From NCBI GenBank assembly GCA_002104905.1, contig MCFE01000391.1, positions 18,821-82,820 of the forward strand: DNA of 64,000 bases, given 5' to 3'. The DNA comes from Basidiobolus meristosporus CBS 931.73. Lineage: Eukaryota; Fungi; Basidiobolomycota. The notes under the pieces are model-generated. The model was not told the DNA's origin and did no database searches. It saw only the letters and a program-made list of their open reading frames with translations. A program made the translations under genes and the position numbers. Positions 1 to 12,151 of the stretch are shown in pieces (position 1 is the stretch's first letter; every line of letters begins with the position of its first letter).

Positions 1-284
1 AACTGAAGATATGCATCTGGTACTCAATACCCATGGCACTCTGTATCTAGCTCCTGTAGCTTGTATCATGTCACAAAAATGAATGGCACTATCTTGGTCC
101 ACTGGTACTATCTGGCACTATAAGTGCTTTGTATAGATCTTAATTTAGGCCTAATATTTAAATATAGTGCCAGATAGTACCAGTGGACCAAGATAGTGCC
201 ATTCATTTTTGTGACATGATACAAGCTACAGGAGCTAGATGCAGAGTGCCATGGGTATTGAGTACCAGATGCATATCTTCAGTT
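1..284. repeat. Long inverted repeat (fold-back palindrome): arms 1-122 and 163-284, 40-bp spacer; left arm runs off the window
   Basis: 163-284 is the reverse complement of 1-122 with one mismatch (T44 vs G241). The arms carry several GGCACTA/TAGTGCC motifs also found in the Harbinger ends. Confidence 0.97.
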
Positions 285-509
285 CTCCTGTGCTCTTACA
301 CATCCTGAGTTACATTGATCCACAAAAAAAGTTCAAAAAATGGATTTTCTCCTGCGCAATGGGTGAAACACAGGGGCTGCTTTACATGAAGATGCAGAGC
401 TATGTTTCACACTCTGTGGCCAAGTATAGGCTCACTTTACCTCTCTGGCACACTATGGCATCATTTGGCACTCATGGCTCAATGTGGCACTATCCAACGG
501 AACAAGTCT
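275..509 (+). mobile_element. PIF/Harbinger-family right-end (subterminal plus TIR) segment
   Basis: Aligns by eye with 11843-12075. It ends in ...TGTGGCACTATCCAACGGAACAAGTCT followed by ATT, the same terminus as at 3281, 8532, 12075 and 12151. Confidence 0.75.
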
Positions 510-1263
510 ATTGCTTATTTCAAGAATTTAGTGATCACTGATTTGCAATGGCTCAATGTGGATTGCAAAAACAAATGCGTTGTTTGGATCATTACAATTA
601 ATAGCAATTCAATGCAATTGCATCATCTTCTCCTAGGCTTTTTTCTCACAGGGATTACTACTGAAGCATTTGGTAGTGATTCACTTTGCACACTTAAACT
701 ACTTTCTTGTTGACTATCCTCTTGGCTACTTGTGTATTTGTAGTCAGTATTCTGCCTCCTAGTTGATAAGTGCAATGCTGCAGCTTGGCCGTGCTCAATT
801 GCTCCAGATGCTGCAACTGAGCTGGCCTGCAGTGCTATGTGCTGACACATTCTTTTACTTGCCAAAGGCTCTGGTAGTGGAGGCACTTCATGTGGGTCAT
901 CATCTGTCAGTTCACAAGAAGAAATTTGCTGATGGTCAGGTGTAATGGCACACAAAGATGCAACTTGATGCGCTGGCCTGGCCCTTGGCTGAGGTCAATG
1001 TGATGCCGCTTGTTGATGCAACTTGGCCTGCTCCAATGGGCATGTGTCTTTTTGAGCAATTTGGGGGTTCTGGTGGTTTTGCTCTAAAGCATGCGCATTG
1101 ACCCAATATGAGTTGTATCAATGCGGGGCACTCTTGTGAAGAGTGTTGGTGTAGTTTGGACTGACGTGCACTGGTGCACTGAAATTGCAAGGGATGGTAA
1201 GGAATCCAGCAAGGCGTGCTGGCACAATCTAGACAATGTTGCTTGCGGTCTTTATTCCTCCTC

Positions 1264-1911
1264 TTAAAGCTCACCTTCTGATTCCTCAAGGTATTCACTT
1301 ACCCTCTGTCTAATACTTTGCAACTGTTGCCTGGATGAGTCCTGTGTATATTGCTTTTGGAAGCCACTTAGTTCTACTAATATGTCATGTAATACATTGG
1401 TCATTTGAGGCAAAAACTCATTCAAAATCTCTTTGGTTCCCAAAGTTAAGGCACAAACGGACACATCAAGCCCATACTGTGCAAATTGCACGCAAAATTG
1501 TTCCCGCACGGCTTCCTCATCAAATCCCCTCACTCTCAGCTCATTCTTGATTTCAATACTTGTCTTGTTATATATCTTCTTACATACATCTGCTGGCATC
1601 TTGATGTAGAACTTGTGCCACAGCTTTCTACTCAGGTTCTTCCATTTCTGTTGACTCTTCAAGGTATCTAGTTCTGCTAGATTAATGAGTAGTGCCCAAA
1701 TATCTGTATGAAGGCTCATTATAGACACCTGGGCCATACTGAAATTATTTGGCAAGAACTCAAACAGATCCAACATTGCCTTTTCTGGTCCAGACTGTGC
1801 TTGTGAGCAGGGAATGGGTTTTGTCTGGGTTGAGCTAAAGAGGAGGTGAGACTTGGTATAGGGAGCATAGTGATGGATTTGGATACTTATACAGTGGTGT
1901 ATTGGCATCAA
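1264..1911 (-). pseudogene. TE-associated helical ORF divergent from the transposase; possible Harbinger accessory (Myb/SANT-like) gene, possibly continuing in broken frames to 623
   Basis: 215-codon ORF in CpG-free DNA containing a KWKNL motif reminiscent of trihelix/MADF helix 3. A downstream fragment (623-955) ends in the NLS-like RKKPRRR. Confidence 0.35.
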
Positions 1912-2046
1912 CCTGGTCTTATATGATATATATGAAAACTAATGAGATTGTTGAATTTTTCATACATTATGCATGATGCATCTTGGATCACATTTACACA
2001 GATCAGATCACATCAATTGCAGATTTCCTATTTGATTTTAGACATG

Positions 2047-3281
2047 TGAGTAAAACATCAATAAAAATACCCAATCATTATTTGAGGATGATTTTTGCAA
2101 CATAATGATGGGATACATGGCAATTTATAGAGATTTAATCATAATTGATGGAAAATGAGATAAATAAAGCTGATTGCGCCAAATTGAATCAAATCATATC
2201 AGCGCAATCCTCCCAACTCTGATATGACTTACTCTTCTGAATGGTCTTTTCTCATCAATCCTGTTGCTACCACTGGATTTCCTTTTGACACACTACAGGA
2301 GATCTATACCAAGTACTGTGGACCATCTACTCCAATCTACTCAAGGAGATCCCTTGTTAAGCTACTCTGCTATTACAAGAACTATTACCCTTCAAGGTTT
2401 CATCCCACCATCCATGGCAACAAAAGTCCTAGAAGCTTGCATTCCCAGCTGACAGCAATGGAGAACCACCTTGCAGAGGGTATGAATGACTTAGAGCAAG
2501 CTTGGAGTACTAGGCTTAGAGGCTCCAATAGACTTCCATATCCCAGAGTGTTCAGCAACAGGCTCCATATAAGAAGTATTTTGGATGCCTTCCCAGTCAG
2601 GATTAACAGACCTTCTAGAGGGCAGAGGCACTTTTATTCTGGCAAGTACTAGGCACACTGTGTGATGTTTCAAGCACAGTCTGACATTGAGGGTAACATC
2701 ATCTGGTTTAGTGGGTCATTTGCTGGAAGTAGGCATGACAAAGCACTCTGGGTGGAGGATTATCCAGAATTCAGTAGAGGGGAGAAACGTATGGCAGACT
2801 TAGCTTATATAGGAGAGGATTGTCAGATATTAGGATGTATTACAGCTTATAGAAAGCCAAGGAATGGTGTGCTTAGCAGGAAGCAGAAGCTCTACAATGA
2901 GATACTTAATTGTTTCAGAGTGAGGGTAGAGCATACATTTGGATATGTGAAGAGATTCAGCATATTGGCAGGTAAATACAGAGGAAAGTTATATATAGGA
3001 GAAAACAGCAGAATAGGTAAAATAGTTAAGATACTTATCAATGCACAGTATACTCATTCAAGAAGACACCCACTGAGAGAAATATGTCTGGAGCATTATG
3101 AAGAGTAAATAAAGCAAGGAAAGCGCTACTCTGAGCAACATAAGTAAAATTGAGTAAAATTATCACTAACTATAACCTACCACTGGCATGATGGTAGAAA
3201 TTATAGTGCCAGATAGTGCCAGATTGATCCGGCACCATAAACAGGCTGGCACTATGTGGCACTATCCAACAGAATAAGTCT
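2047..3281 (+). mobile_element. PIF/Harbinger (IS5/ISL2EU-like) DNA transposon copy 1; left end not found
   Basis: Transposase plus 5' and 3' flanks shared with 7276-8532; right TIR ends at 3281 followed by ATT. Confidence 0.85.
2224..3108 (+). pseudogene. DDE_Tnp_4-type (Harbinger/IS5-like) transposase, 294 codons, one in-frame stop
   Basis: ORFs 2224-2652 and 2662-3108 are in one frame, split only by TAG at 2650 (AAG in copy 2). Motifs: LDAFPVRINRP, YSGKY-HCV-FQ, GSRHDK, ADLAYIG, YN...RVRVEHTFGYVKRFSIL. Confidence 0.9.
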
Positions 3282-3598
3282 ATTCACCAAACTTGGTCAC
3301 TTTGACCAATACCTCCAAATCCTAGAGAATGCTTACCAAAATCCTTGCTGGGTTTTACTTGAACACTTTCACCAAAATATTGGGTAGCCAGAACATGAAA
3401 ATTCTCAAAGTTATTCAAACTGCCCCAATCTTTGCACACATGCTTTTAGGACATTCCTAAGCCTATCCTACATGTTTTGTATGCCAAGACCTTCTAAATT
3501 TATAAATATTAATTTTACATTGAATAAATAAAGAAGTGAAAACCACATAATCTACTTGTTTTCCCAATCTCTTCCAATATCTCCAAGACTCTACAACA
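3282..3598 (+). mobile_element. Ty1/copia 5' LTR (5'-truncated by the Harbinger insertion) followed by a PBS-like site
   Basis: Homologous to the reverse complement of 6927-7245. Ends in CAACA (3598). Followed by GAATATGAGCCC (3599-3610), resembling the copia-type GGTTATGRGCCC primer site, and then gag. Confidence 0.8.
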
Positions 3599-3695
3599 GA
3601 ATATGAGCCCCATTCTGTCACTCTTTGCAATGTCTACTACTGCTATTACTGGAATTTTTCCTTCTGCTGAAAAACTGAATTGATATTAAAACCAA

Positions 3696-5010
3696 GTGAG
3701 GAAGATGAAGATGAATAAGCTGCTACAAGAAAGAGGCCTTTGGGATATTTTCATGGGAGAGGGATACCCTCCTAAAAACATGGGAGAGGAAGCCTTAAAA
3801 TACCAGAAGAAAGAACAAAGTGCCTTTAACTGCATTTGCCTTAATCTCAAATACAAATTGCTGATTCAATGCTCAAGAGCAAAAACAGTAAGGAATGCCT
3901 GAAGGCATTAGAAGACACCTGCCAGTCATGTTTAGCTGTAAAGGAAATGTATCTGAGACAAAAATTCTCTACTACAAAAATGGGGCCAGGAGTAGAAATG
4001 CATAATCCAACCAACTGAATTACCCTGATGGTGCATGAGGTAGAATCTGTGGGAGTACCAGCTACTAATGAGGGTGTAATAGCAATCACCCTGAATAGCC
4101 TGATAGACAAGTTCCAGGGCCTTGTATCAGCCCTAGAGTCCAGAACTCAATGTTTGACCTAATATTATGTATATGGAAGGCTCCTAGATGAAGAATTAAG
4201 AAAATCAAGCGTCAATAAGCAGGAAGAAGTAAATGCTTTAATAAGCAAGTATAACCAATAAAGAAGATACCCAAGACCTTTCAAATGCAATAACAACCTC
4301 TTTTGCACCTACTGCAAAAGGAAAGGACACATGTTGGACTGGTGCTTCAAAAAGAAAGATATTCACTAAAAAAAGCCTGAATATGGAAAAGCTGCAACAA
4401 CTGAAGACAGCCTATTCATATCTTCACTAGATATGACCACAAACAAGGACTCTCAGAAGTGGTGTGTTGACTCTGGAGCATCTCAACACTTTATACACCA
4501 AAAAGAACTTTTTACCCAATATCAACAAATTCCAATCAAGAAGGGTTTCATTTGTGACAAAAGTATACCTGAAACTGTGGGAGAAGGAACTATCTGAGTA
4601 AACCCTGGACACAGTGAAGGAAGCCATAAGCTGACCTTTAAAGAAGTACTCTTTGTATCAGAAATAGCCAAGAACCTACTATCTGTAAGCAAGGGCACAG
4701 TAGAAGGATGGAGCTTCAGCTTTAACAATTATGGATGCAGGATCTCTGATCAAGATGGTGCTCATATTGCTTTAGGTATCAGGAATCAGTGTCTGTATGA
4801 GTTGGCTAATATTCCATCATATCTGGAAGCCAATATAAGTAACTTGAATGAAGAAATACCAATACATTGGCATAAGAGATTTGGACACATCAATCTTGAT
4901 CATTTCAAAAATGATATAAGATCAGCTAATTTCTGGAGTAAAAATTGACCACTCCACTAATTTGGAGCACTGTGAAACCTGCAAATATGAGAAACCTGCC
5001 AGACAACTGT
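3696..5010 (+). pseudogene. Degenerate Ty1/copia gag-protease-GAG-pre-integrase, truncated before the integrase core
   Basis: UBN2-like gag, zinc knuckle CTYCKRKGHMLDWC (~4300), WCVDSGASQH protease (~4460), HWHKRFGHIN (~4865). Multiple stops and frameshifts. Same family as 8735-11839. Confidence 0.9.
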
Positions 5011-6926
5011 TCAAGACCTCTGAGTTTGTAACAGGACTTAAGCAGCTATACCACAAGCATAAAGCTAAATACGTAGGTCTCTGCTGCTACTGTATCCATT
5101 CTCCACTATATCTTGCATGGTGAATGGAAGATATTGAGCCTTGCTTCACCTTTAGGGAGGTTCCCATGGAGTGGATGTGTGGGGAGATAGGAAGACAAGT
5201 CAAGTTTCATGTACTATTATAATCCAATTGCATCAAGAGTATTACCTTCAAGTTTGTCATGGATGTGATGAGTTGGCATATGGAGGACAGCCAGGAAGAG
5301 TTGAAAACGCTGAGGAAAGATGTGCACATAGAGGCACCTATGCCTATGGCATTAAGAAGCTAAGCCACCCCAATAAGTGGGTAATCAGTCAAGTAATTCA
5401 AAGTTGGATTGGGTGCAACAAGCAACTAATTCTTATTGAGAAAACTCTACCACAGTATGCCAGATTTCTCTTGGTCTCATGCCAATTTCCACATTATTCA
5501 ATACAGAATTCACACAAACAAGAGCCAGAGTGCACCTATAAAGGCAACTAGAATCCAGCAGGGAGAAGGAATATATTGGCTGAGTACCATAAAGTTCCTT
5601 GCAGATTTTCAGGAAGTATTCATGACAGAAGTAGCGGCAACCAAGCATATGTTTGCAAGATGTGTATGTTACCAGCAATACAAGGTATATGGCAACTTTG
5701 CAAGTATCACACTAGAAAGCTGTAAAGTTGAGGTTGTAGAAGTATGTCAATTGTGGCAGGTGTGCATATTTGTAACGGTTAGTAAGCAGGAGGCCATAGT
5801 AGTTTTTGACTCAAACTGTATGTGGAATACCCAGGGTAGTATTGGGTGAGTAAATAAGGAAGGGTGATTCTAGAGTGTAAATTTTGAAATGTGCAAGGGG
5901 AGGTAGCAAAAGGAAATACAGTTTGGTAAGTTGGTATGTTAGAGTTATACAGAACTAACTGCAGGCTCCCATACTGCAGTGATAGTGCCATCAGAAGCCT
6001 GCAATGAGGCCATCAAGACACAGTGAATTTTTTTGCCATAAGTGCAATTAGATGTACTGGCCAGTTAGATCTGCACAAATAGTTGTAGAATGCACTAAGA
6101 CTGCAACTATACTATGCCACTCTTGGCAAAACACCATCATGTTTTTTAATTTTATTGAGCTGTAAATTAGCCAAATGCAGTTGTGATCCTGTCATAAGAT
6201 CAATTGATGGTCAATAATTCTAAGCTATTATACTGGCTGCCTTATGGGATCACGATGGCTGTTTCAGATTGGATTCCCCTGTGGGACTAAATTATCTCAC
6301 ATAAGATTTGTCAAGGGAAAACCATAGAGTGATAATCCCCAGCTGAGTTGGCATCTTAACAGAAGTATGTGCTGGGCTTAGCATCCTTTGAGATGACAAT
6401 GTCCTAAAGCTTCTAAAGTCAAAGCAACTCTAAACTACACCAGCAGCAACTTGACAAGAATGCAGCTGTGGTCAATAGTTAAAAAGACAAAAAAGTATCT
6501 TTGCCTGTGCAAGAACAAGCTTGGGAAAGAATAAAGATAATGAACAATACATACTCTGCGTATTCCACTTAAGTAGTGCATCCAGAGTCAGTTGGCTGTC
6601 AGCATGGTTTCCTGGAGGTGCCCTGTGGTTGGGGATTGGATGTACTGGTAGCAGTAGTTAGCAGTGATTGCACTACTAAACGAGTTGGTATATTGATAAA
6701 AGGGATGATGCTTTATTGCTGAGGGATTGCCTCCCAAATATACTTTTCTCACTGGCTGAGTGATTACTAATCATGGTGTTCCAGAAAGTTGTGGAGATCA
6801 AGAGAAACTGTAATGATAGCAGAATGAGCTAAGTATATTATAAGTAGATGCCAGAATGCTCCAAGAGGTACAGCACATCAAGCCAATCTTGGATCTGTAT
6901 TTTAGACCTGTGAAGCATAGGGACAT

Positions 6927-7275
6927 TGTTGTAAGAGTCTTGGAGATATTGGAAGTGATTGGGAGGTCAAGTAGATTATGTGGTTTTCACTTACCTATAT
7001 ATTGAATGTAAAGTAGTACTTATACTTTTATTTAGTCTTGGCATGACAGACATGTAGAATGGGCTAAGGAAGGTTCCAAGAACATGTGTGCAAAGTTTGG
7101 GGCTGTTTGGACTAATTTGAGAATTTTCATGTTCTGGGTACCTGGAATTTTGCTGAGAATATTCCAAGTGATTCCCAACAAGGAGTTTAGTCATTGTTGT
7201 CTAGGATTTGAAGGTAAGGATCTAAGTGATTAAGTTAGGTGAATATTTAGGCTGAAATTAAAAATTTTAACAACA
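6927..7275 (-). mobile_element. Ty1/copia solo LTR, 349 bp
   Basis: TGTTG...CAACA termini on the minus strand; homologous to 3282-3598. No PBS or PPT adjacent; flanks GACAT and AGTAA do not form a TSD. Confidence 0.8.
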
Positions 7276-8414
7276 AGTAAAACATCCATAAAATACCAAT
7301 TCATTGCTTGAGGATGATTTCTGCAACATAATGATGGGATACATGGGACTTTATGGAGATTTAATGATAATGCATTAAAATCAGATAAATAAAGCTGATT
7401 GTGCCAAATGAATTCAAATCACCTCAGCCCAATCATCTACTAATTTAAATATGACTTACTCATCTGAATGGTCTTTTCTCATCAATCTGTCACTACCACT
7501 GGATTTCCTTTTGACACACTACAGGGATCTATGCAAAGTACTGTGGACCATCTACCCAAATCTACTCAAGGAGATCCCTTGTTAAGCTTCTCTGCTATTA
7601 CAAGTTCTATTGCCCCACTAGGCTTCATCCCACCATCCATGGCAACAAAAGTCCTAGCTGCTTTCATTCCCAGCTGATAGCAATGGAGATCCACCATGCA
7701 GAGGGTATGAATGACTTAGAGCAAGCTTAGAATACTAGGCTAAGAAGCTCCAATAGAGTTCCATATCACAGAGTGTGCAGCAACAGGTTCCATATAAGGA
7801 GTATTTTGGATGCCTTCCCAGTCAGGATTAACAGACCTTCCAGAGGGCAGAGGCACTTTTATTCTGGCAAGTGCAAGACATGCTGTGTGAAGTTTCAGGC
7901 ACTGTCTGGCATTGAGTGTAACATCATCTGGTTTAGTGGATCATTTGCTGGAAGTAGGTATGACAAAGCACTCTGGGTAGAGAACTATCCGGAATTCAGT
8001 AGAGGGGAGAAATGTATGGAAGACTTAGCTTATATAGGAGAGTATTGTCTGAGATTAGGATGTGTTACGGTTTGTAGGAAGCCAAGGAATGGTGTGCTAA
8101 GCAGGAAGCAGAAGCTTTACAATCAGATATTAAATTATTTCAGAGTGAGGGTAGAGCATACATTTCAATATCTAAAGAGATTCAGCATATTGGCAGATGA
8201 ATACAGAGGAAAGTCATATATAGGTGAAAACAGTAGAATAGGTAAAATATTTAAGATACATTTCAATGCACAGTACATTTGTTCAAGCAAACATCCACTG
8301 AGAGAAATGTGTTTGTAGCATTATGAAGTGTAAATAAAGCAAGGAGAGTACTACGTTGAGCAACATAAGTAAGATTGAGTAGAATTACCACAACTATATC
8401 CTACCACTGGTACT

Positions 8415-8456
<42 letters not shown>

Positions 8457-8532
8457 TGGTGCCATAGAGTACCAGATCAACTTGCCACTATAAATGGCTG
8501 GCACTATGTGGCACTATCCAACAGAATAAGTC
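7276..8532 (+). mobile_element. PIF/Harbinger copy 2 with decayed transposase (7451-8318)
   Basis: Collinear with 2047-3281. Frameshifts and stops in the 5' part; ORF 7773-8318 matches copy 1 motifs. Right TIR at ~8506-8532. Confidence 0.88.
8418..8454. repeat. (AT)n microsatellite, 37 nt
   Basis: Perfect AT alternation, absent from the homologous position of copy 1. Confidence 0.98.
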
Positions 8533-8720
8533 AAGTAACTTCTGTTTCCAGTTACTTTAGAGTTGCTGCAGGGGCCAGTCCACTTGTTCTCAATCTTCCA
8601 ACTCTATTGTTTGTCCAAGATGAAGCAATACAGTAATACTGGGTCTTCCAGTCAAAGTAACTTTGACCTTGGTGAGTGTGCCTTGTCAAAGGGTGCTTTG
8701 TTCTTCAGTTGCATCTCCTC
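8533..8720 (-). mobile_element. Ty3/gypsy integrase C-terminal (GPY/F) fragment
   Basis: Minus-strand translation EDPVLLYCFILDKQ*SWKIENKWTGPCSNSKVTGNRSYL matches the GD-VLL...KL--KW-GP(Y/F) pattern. The TAG is plausibly a mutated TGG. Confidence 0.7.
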
Positions 8721-8734
8721 AGGTTATTCAGCAG

Positions 8735-11700
8735 CTCTGTTGATACTTAAATCATGGTGATCAAGTTGCTGCATATACATCAGACTGCCAACCATAGATT
8801 GATGAGGAAAGTCAGGGCTTTCAGATGGTACCAAGCTCTCTTGATTGGGTTGTGTTTTGACCAAGTTAAGGTTTGTTTCCACTGGGGTAGCTGCAGGTTT
8901 ACAGTCTTCCATTTAGTAATTCTTTAGTATATCTTGAATATACTTGGATAGACTTGAGTAATAGTCTGGGTACATCTGTCTATGGAGAAATTAATCCCTA
9001 AGTAGCAACTGAGTTCTCCTAGATGGGACATCTTGAACTCCTTAGATAGGCTGGTTTATTCTCTTCCAATTTTGCTAGGTTATTGGTGGCTATAATAAGA
9101 TCATCCACATGTAGAGCTAATAGAACTGGATTTGCTCTATCTGGCTTATAGTATATACTATAGTCAGCATTACTCATTTTGAAACTCAAAGACTCCAAAT
9201 AAGAATCTATCTTGCAATTCCAGGCTCACAGTGATTGTTTAAGACCATATAGAGACTTTTTAAGCTTGAAGACCAAATAGGGGTTATCTTGGTCAGCAAA
9301 CCCATCAGGCTGGTTCATATACACATTCTCATTAAGTTCTCCATTCAAAAATGCAGTTTTTATATCCATTGGATGCATGAAAAACTTATAGGTGGCTGCA
9401 ATAGCCAATATTAATCTGATGGAAATAAACTTGGCTACCAGTGCAAAGGTCTCAGTATAGTTAAGTCCTTTTGTTTGAGAGTATCCTTTGGCCACAAGTC
9501 TTGCTTTGTATCTTTCAATTGTACCATCAGCCTTGTATTTTGTCTTGAAGACCCATCTGCATCAAATTGATTTTTGGTTGATTAGTAATATGACTAAGTG
9601 GCAAGTTTGATTATCCATAAGGGCCTGATATTCCTCAGTCATTGCAGATCTCCAAAACTTCATCTGAGGGCTATTTAGGGCCTCTTTTTCAGTCTGGGGC
9701 TTGCCAATATGGACTGAATAGGCATAGGCTAAGTTTGTACCCTCATTGAAATAGTAATTTGGGCTATTTCTTGTCTGATTGGATCTCCGGGCATTTGGTA
9801 CAGGAATGATCACTTCTGGGATATTTCTGGGCACTGGTTCAAGTTGAACTACAGTTGTAGAGTCCTCTGGAGTGAAAAAATTATCATTGTTTTGCTCTGA
9901 TTTAATACTGACAATTGGTGGACTTGAGATCAGATTTTTGTTATCATCTGATATCATTTTTTGTGAAAACTTTGAATTTTCATCAAAAAACACATCCCTG
10001 GACTTAATTAGCTTCTTTGCTATGGTATTGTAGAGTCTCTATGCTTTACTCTTGTTGCGGCAGCCCAAAAATATGCATTTTACGCTTTTTGGCTCAAATT
10101 TTGACTGATTTCTGGGTAATTTCTTGGCATATGCTGTACACCCAAATATTCTTAGATGTTCTGCATGTGATCTATATCCATACCATGCTTCATATGGAGT
10201 AGAATCATAAAGTACTCTGCTATAGCTCCTATTTTTAAGATATACAGCAGTGGCAACTGACTCTGCCCAAAAATCATAGGATAATTTTTAATCATGGATC
10301 ATAGATCTTGCCATATCAATTATTATTCTGTTAGCACATTCTGCTGCTCCATTTTGCTGTGGGGAGTATGGTACAGTAGTCTCTTGCTTTATCCCATGAA
10401 CTTTGCAGAAGTGGATGAAGAATTTTGAGGTATATTCTCCACCATTGTCAGAGCATATTTTCTTGTTTTTTCACAGGTTTCTCTCTCCACCATGGCTTTG
10501 AACTCCCTGAACCTGGACAGAGCTTCTTCCTTTCTCTCCATGAAGTAGACCCATGTGTATCTTGTATAAGCATCAATAAAAGTGATTAAATACTTCATCC
10601 CCCCTAACAGTAAATTTACATAGGTTCACACAGATCTGAGTGAGTTAGATCTAATTTTTTCTTAGTTTTGAGTAACCCAGAGCTCTTGAATGGTTGCCTG
10701 GCTTGTTCCCCATATATGCAGGCCTTACAGTGCTCCAAACTAGCTGGGGGATTGGTTTTTACTCCAGAAATTAGCTGATCTTTGATCATTTTGCACAAAT
10801 AATCAAAATTGCTTTGCCCAAATCTCCTATGCCAAAGCATTGGTGTTTCTTCATTTAAGTTACTTATATTGGCTTCCAGATATGGTGGAATATAAGTCAA
10901 CTTGTATAGATTCTGATCTCTGATACCCAAAGCAATATGGGTACCATTTTGATCAGTGATCTTTCATCCAAATTTGTTGAAGCTGAGTCCTTCTGCTATG
11001 GCCTTGCTTACAGATAGTAGGTTCTTGGCTATTTCTGGTACATAGAGTACTTCTTTAAAGGTCAGTGTATGGCTTCCTGCACTGCTTCTAAGGTTTGCTT
11101 GGATAGTTCCTTCTCCCAATGCATCAAGTGTTATATTGTCACACATGAAAACCTTCTTAATTGGAATTTCTTGATATGAGGTAAAAAGTTCTTATTGGTA
11201 TGTAAAGTGTTGAGATGCTCCAGAGTCTATATACCATGTCTGAGAATCCTTGTTTGTGGTCATATTTAGTGCAGATATGAATAGTCTATTTTCAGTTGTT
11301 GCAACATTTCCATATTCAGGCTTTTTCTGCTGACTATCTTTCTTTTTGAAGCACTGGTCTGATGTGTGTCCTTTCTTTTTGCAGTAGTTACAAAACAGGT
11401 TGCTGCTGCCTTTGTAGAGTCTTGGGAACCTCCTTTGTTGGTTATTGTTGCTTATTAAAGCATTTTCTTCTTCCTTCTTATTTGCACTTGATTTTCTTAA
11501 TTCTTCATTTAGGAGCCTTCCATATACATAATCTAAGGTCAAATCTTCAGTTCTGGACTCTAGGGCTGATACAAGGCCCTTAAAATTGTCTGTCAGGCTA
11601 TTCAGGATGGTAACTATCACATCCTCATCAGTAGTTGGTACTCCTACAGATTTCATTTCATCTACCAGCAGGGTAATTCTGTTAATTAGATTTTTCATTT

Positions 11701-11839
11701 TTTCTCCTGGCAGCATCTTTGTAGTAAGGGATTTTTGTCTCAGATACATTTTCTTAGCAGCTGAACATGACTGGTAGGTGTCTTCTAATGCCTTCCAGGC
11801 ATTCTTTACCATTTTTGCTCTTGAGCATTGAATTAGCAT
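8735..11839 (-). mobile_element. Ty1/copia internal region (gag-PR-IN-RT), broken frames, no RNase H, no LTRs
   Basis: CNYCKKKGHTSDQC knuckle, WYIDSGASQH, LWHRRFG, HSDLC/FIDAYTRYTW integrase, and RT motifs KARLVAKGYSQ, MDIKTAFLNG, LKKSLYGLKQ. Copia domain order (IN before RT). Confidence 0.95.
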
Positions 11840-11842
11840 TTG

Positions 11843-12151
11843 TCTTCAGTTCTTCTATGCTCTTACAGATCATGCACAATATTGATCCCAAAAAAAGGTC
11901 AAAAAATGGATTTTTTCCAGCTCAGTGGGTGAAACACAGGGGCTGCTTTGCATGAAGACAAAGAGCTATGTTTCACACTCTGTGGCCAAGCATAGATATA
12001 CTTGACCTCTATGGCACACTATGGCACTATTTGGCACTCATGGCTCAATGCGGCACTGTCCAACAGAACAAGCCCATTATTGTACCATAGATTACCACAT
12101 CAGTCCTGCACTATAGATTACCTATGTGGCACTGTCCAATGGAACAGGTCT
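11843..12151 (+). mobile_element. Harbinger right-end segment (to 12075) plus an extra TIR copy (12124-12151)
   Basis: Homologous to 275-509; ends GCGGCACTGTCCAACAGAACAAGCCC|ATT. The second terminus is TGTGGCACTGTCCAATGGAACAGGTCT|ACT. Confidence 0.75.

Noticed and set aside
123-162. Palindrome spacer resembling the start of the copia LTR (TAATTTAGGCCTAATATT vs TAATTTCAGCCTAAATATT)
   Set aside because: Short, gapped and AT-rich, so it cannot be separated from chance.
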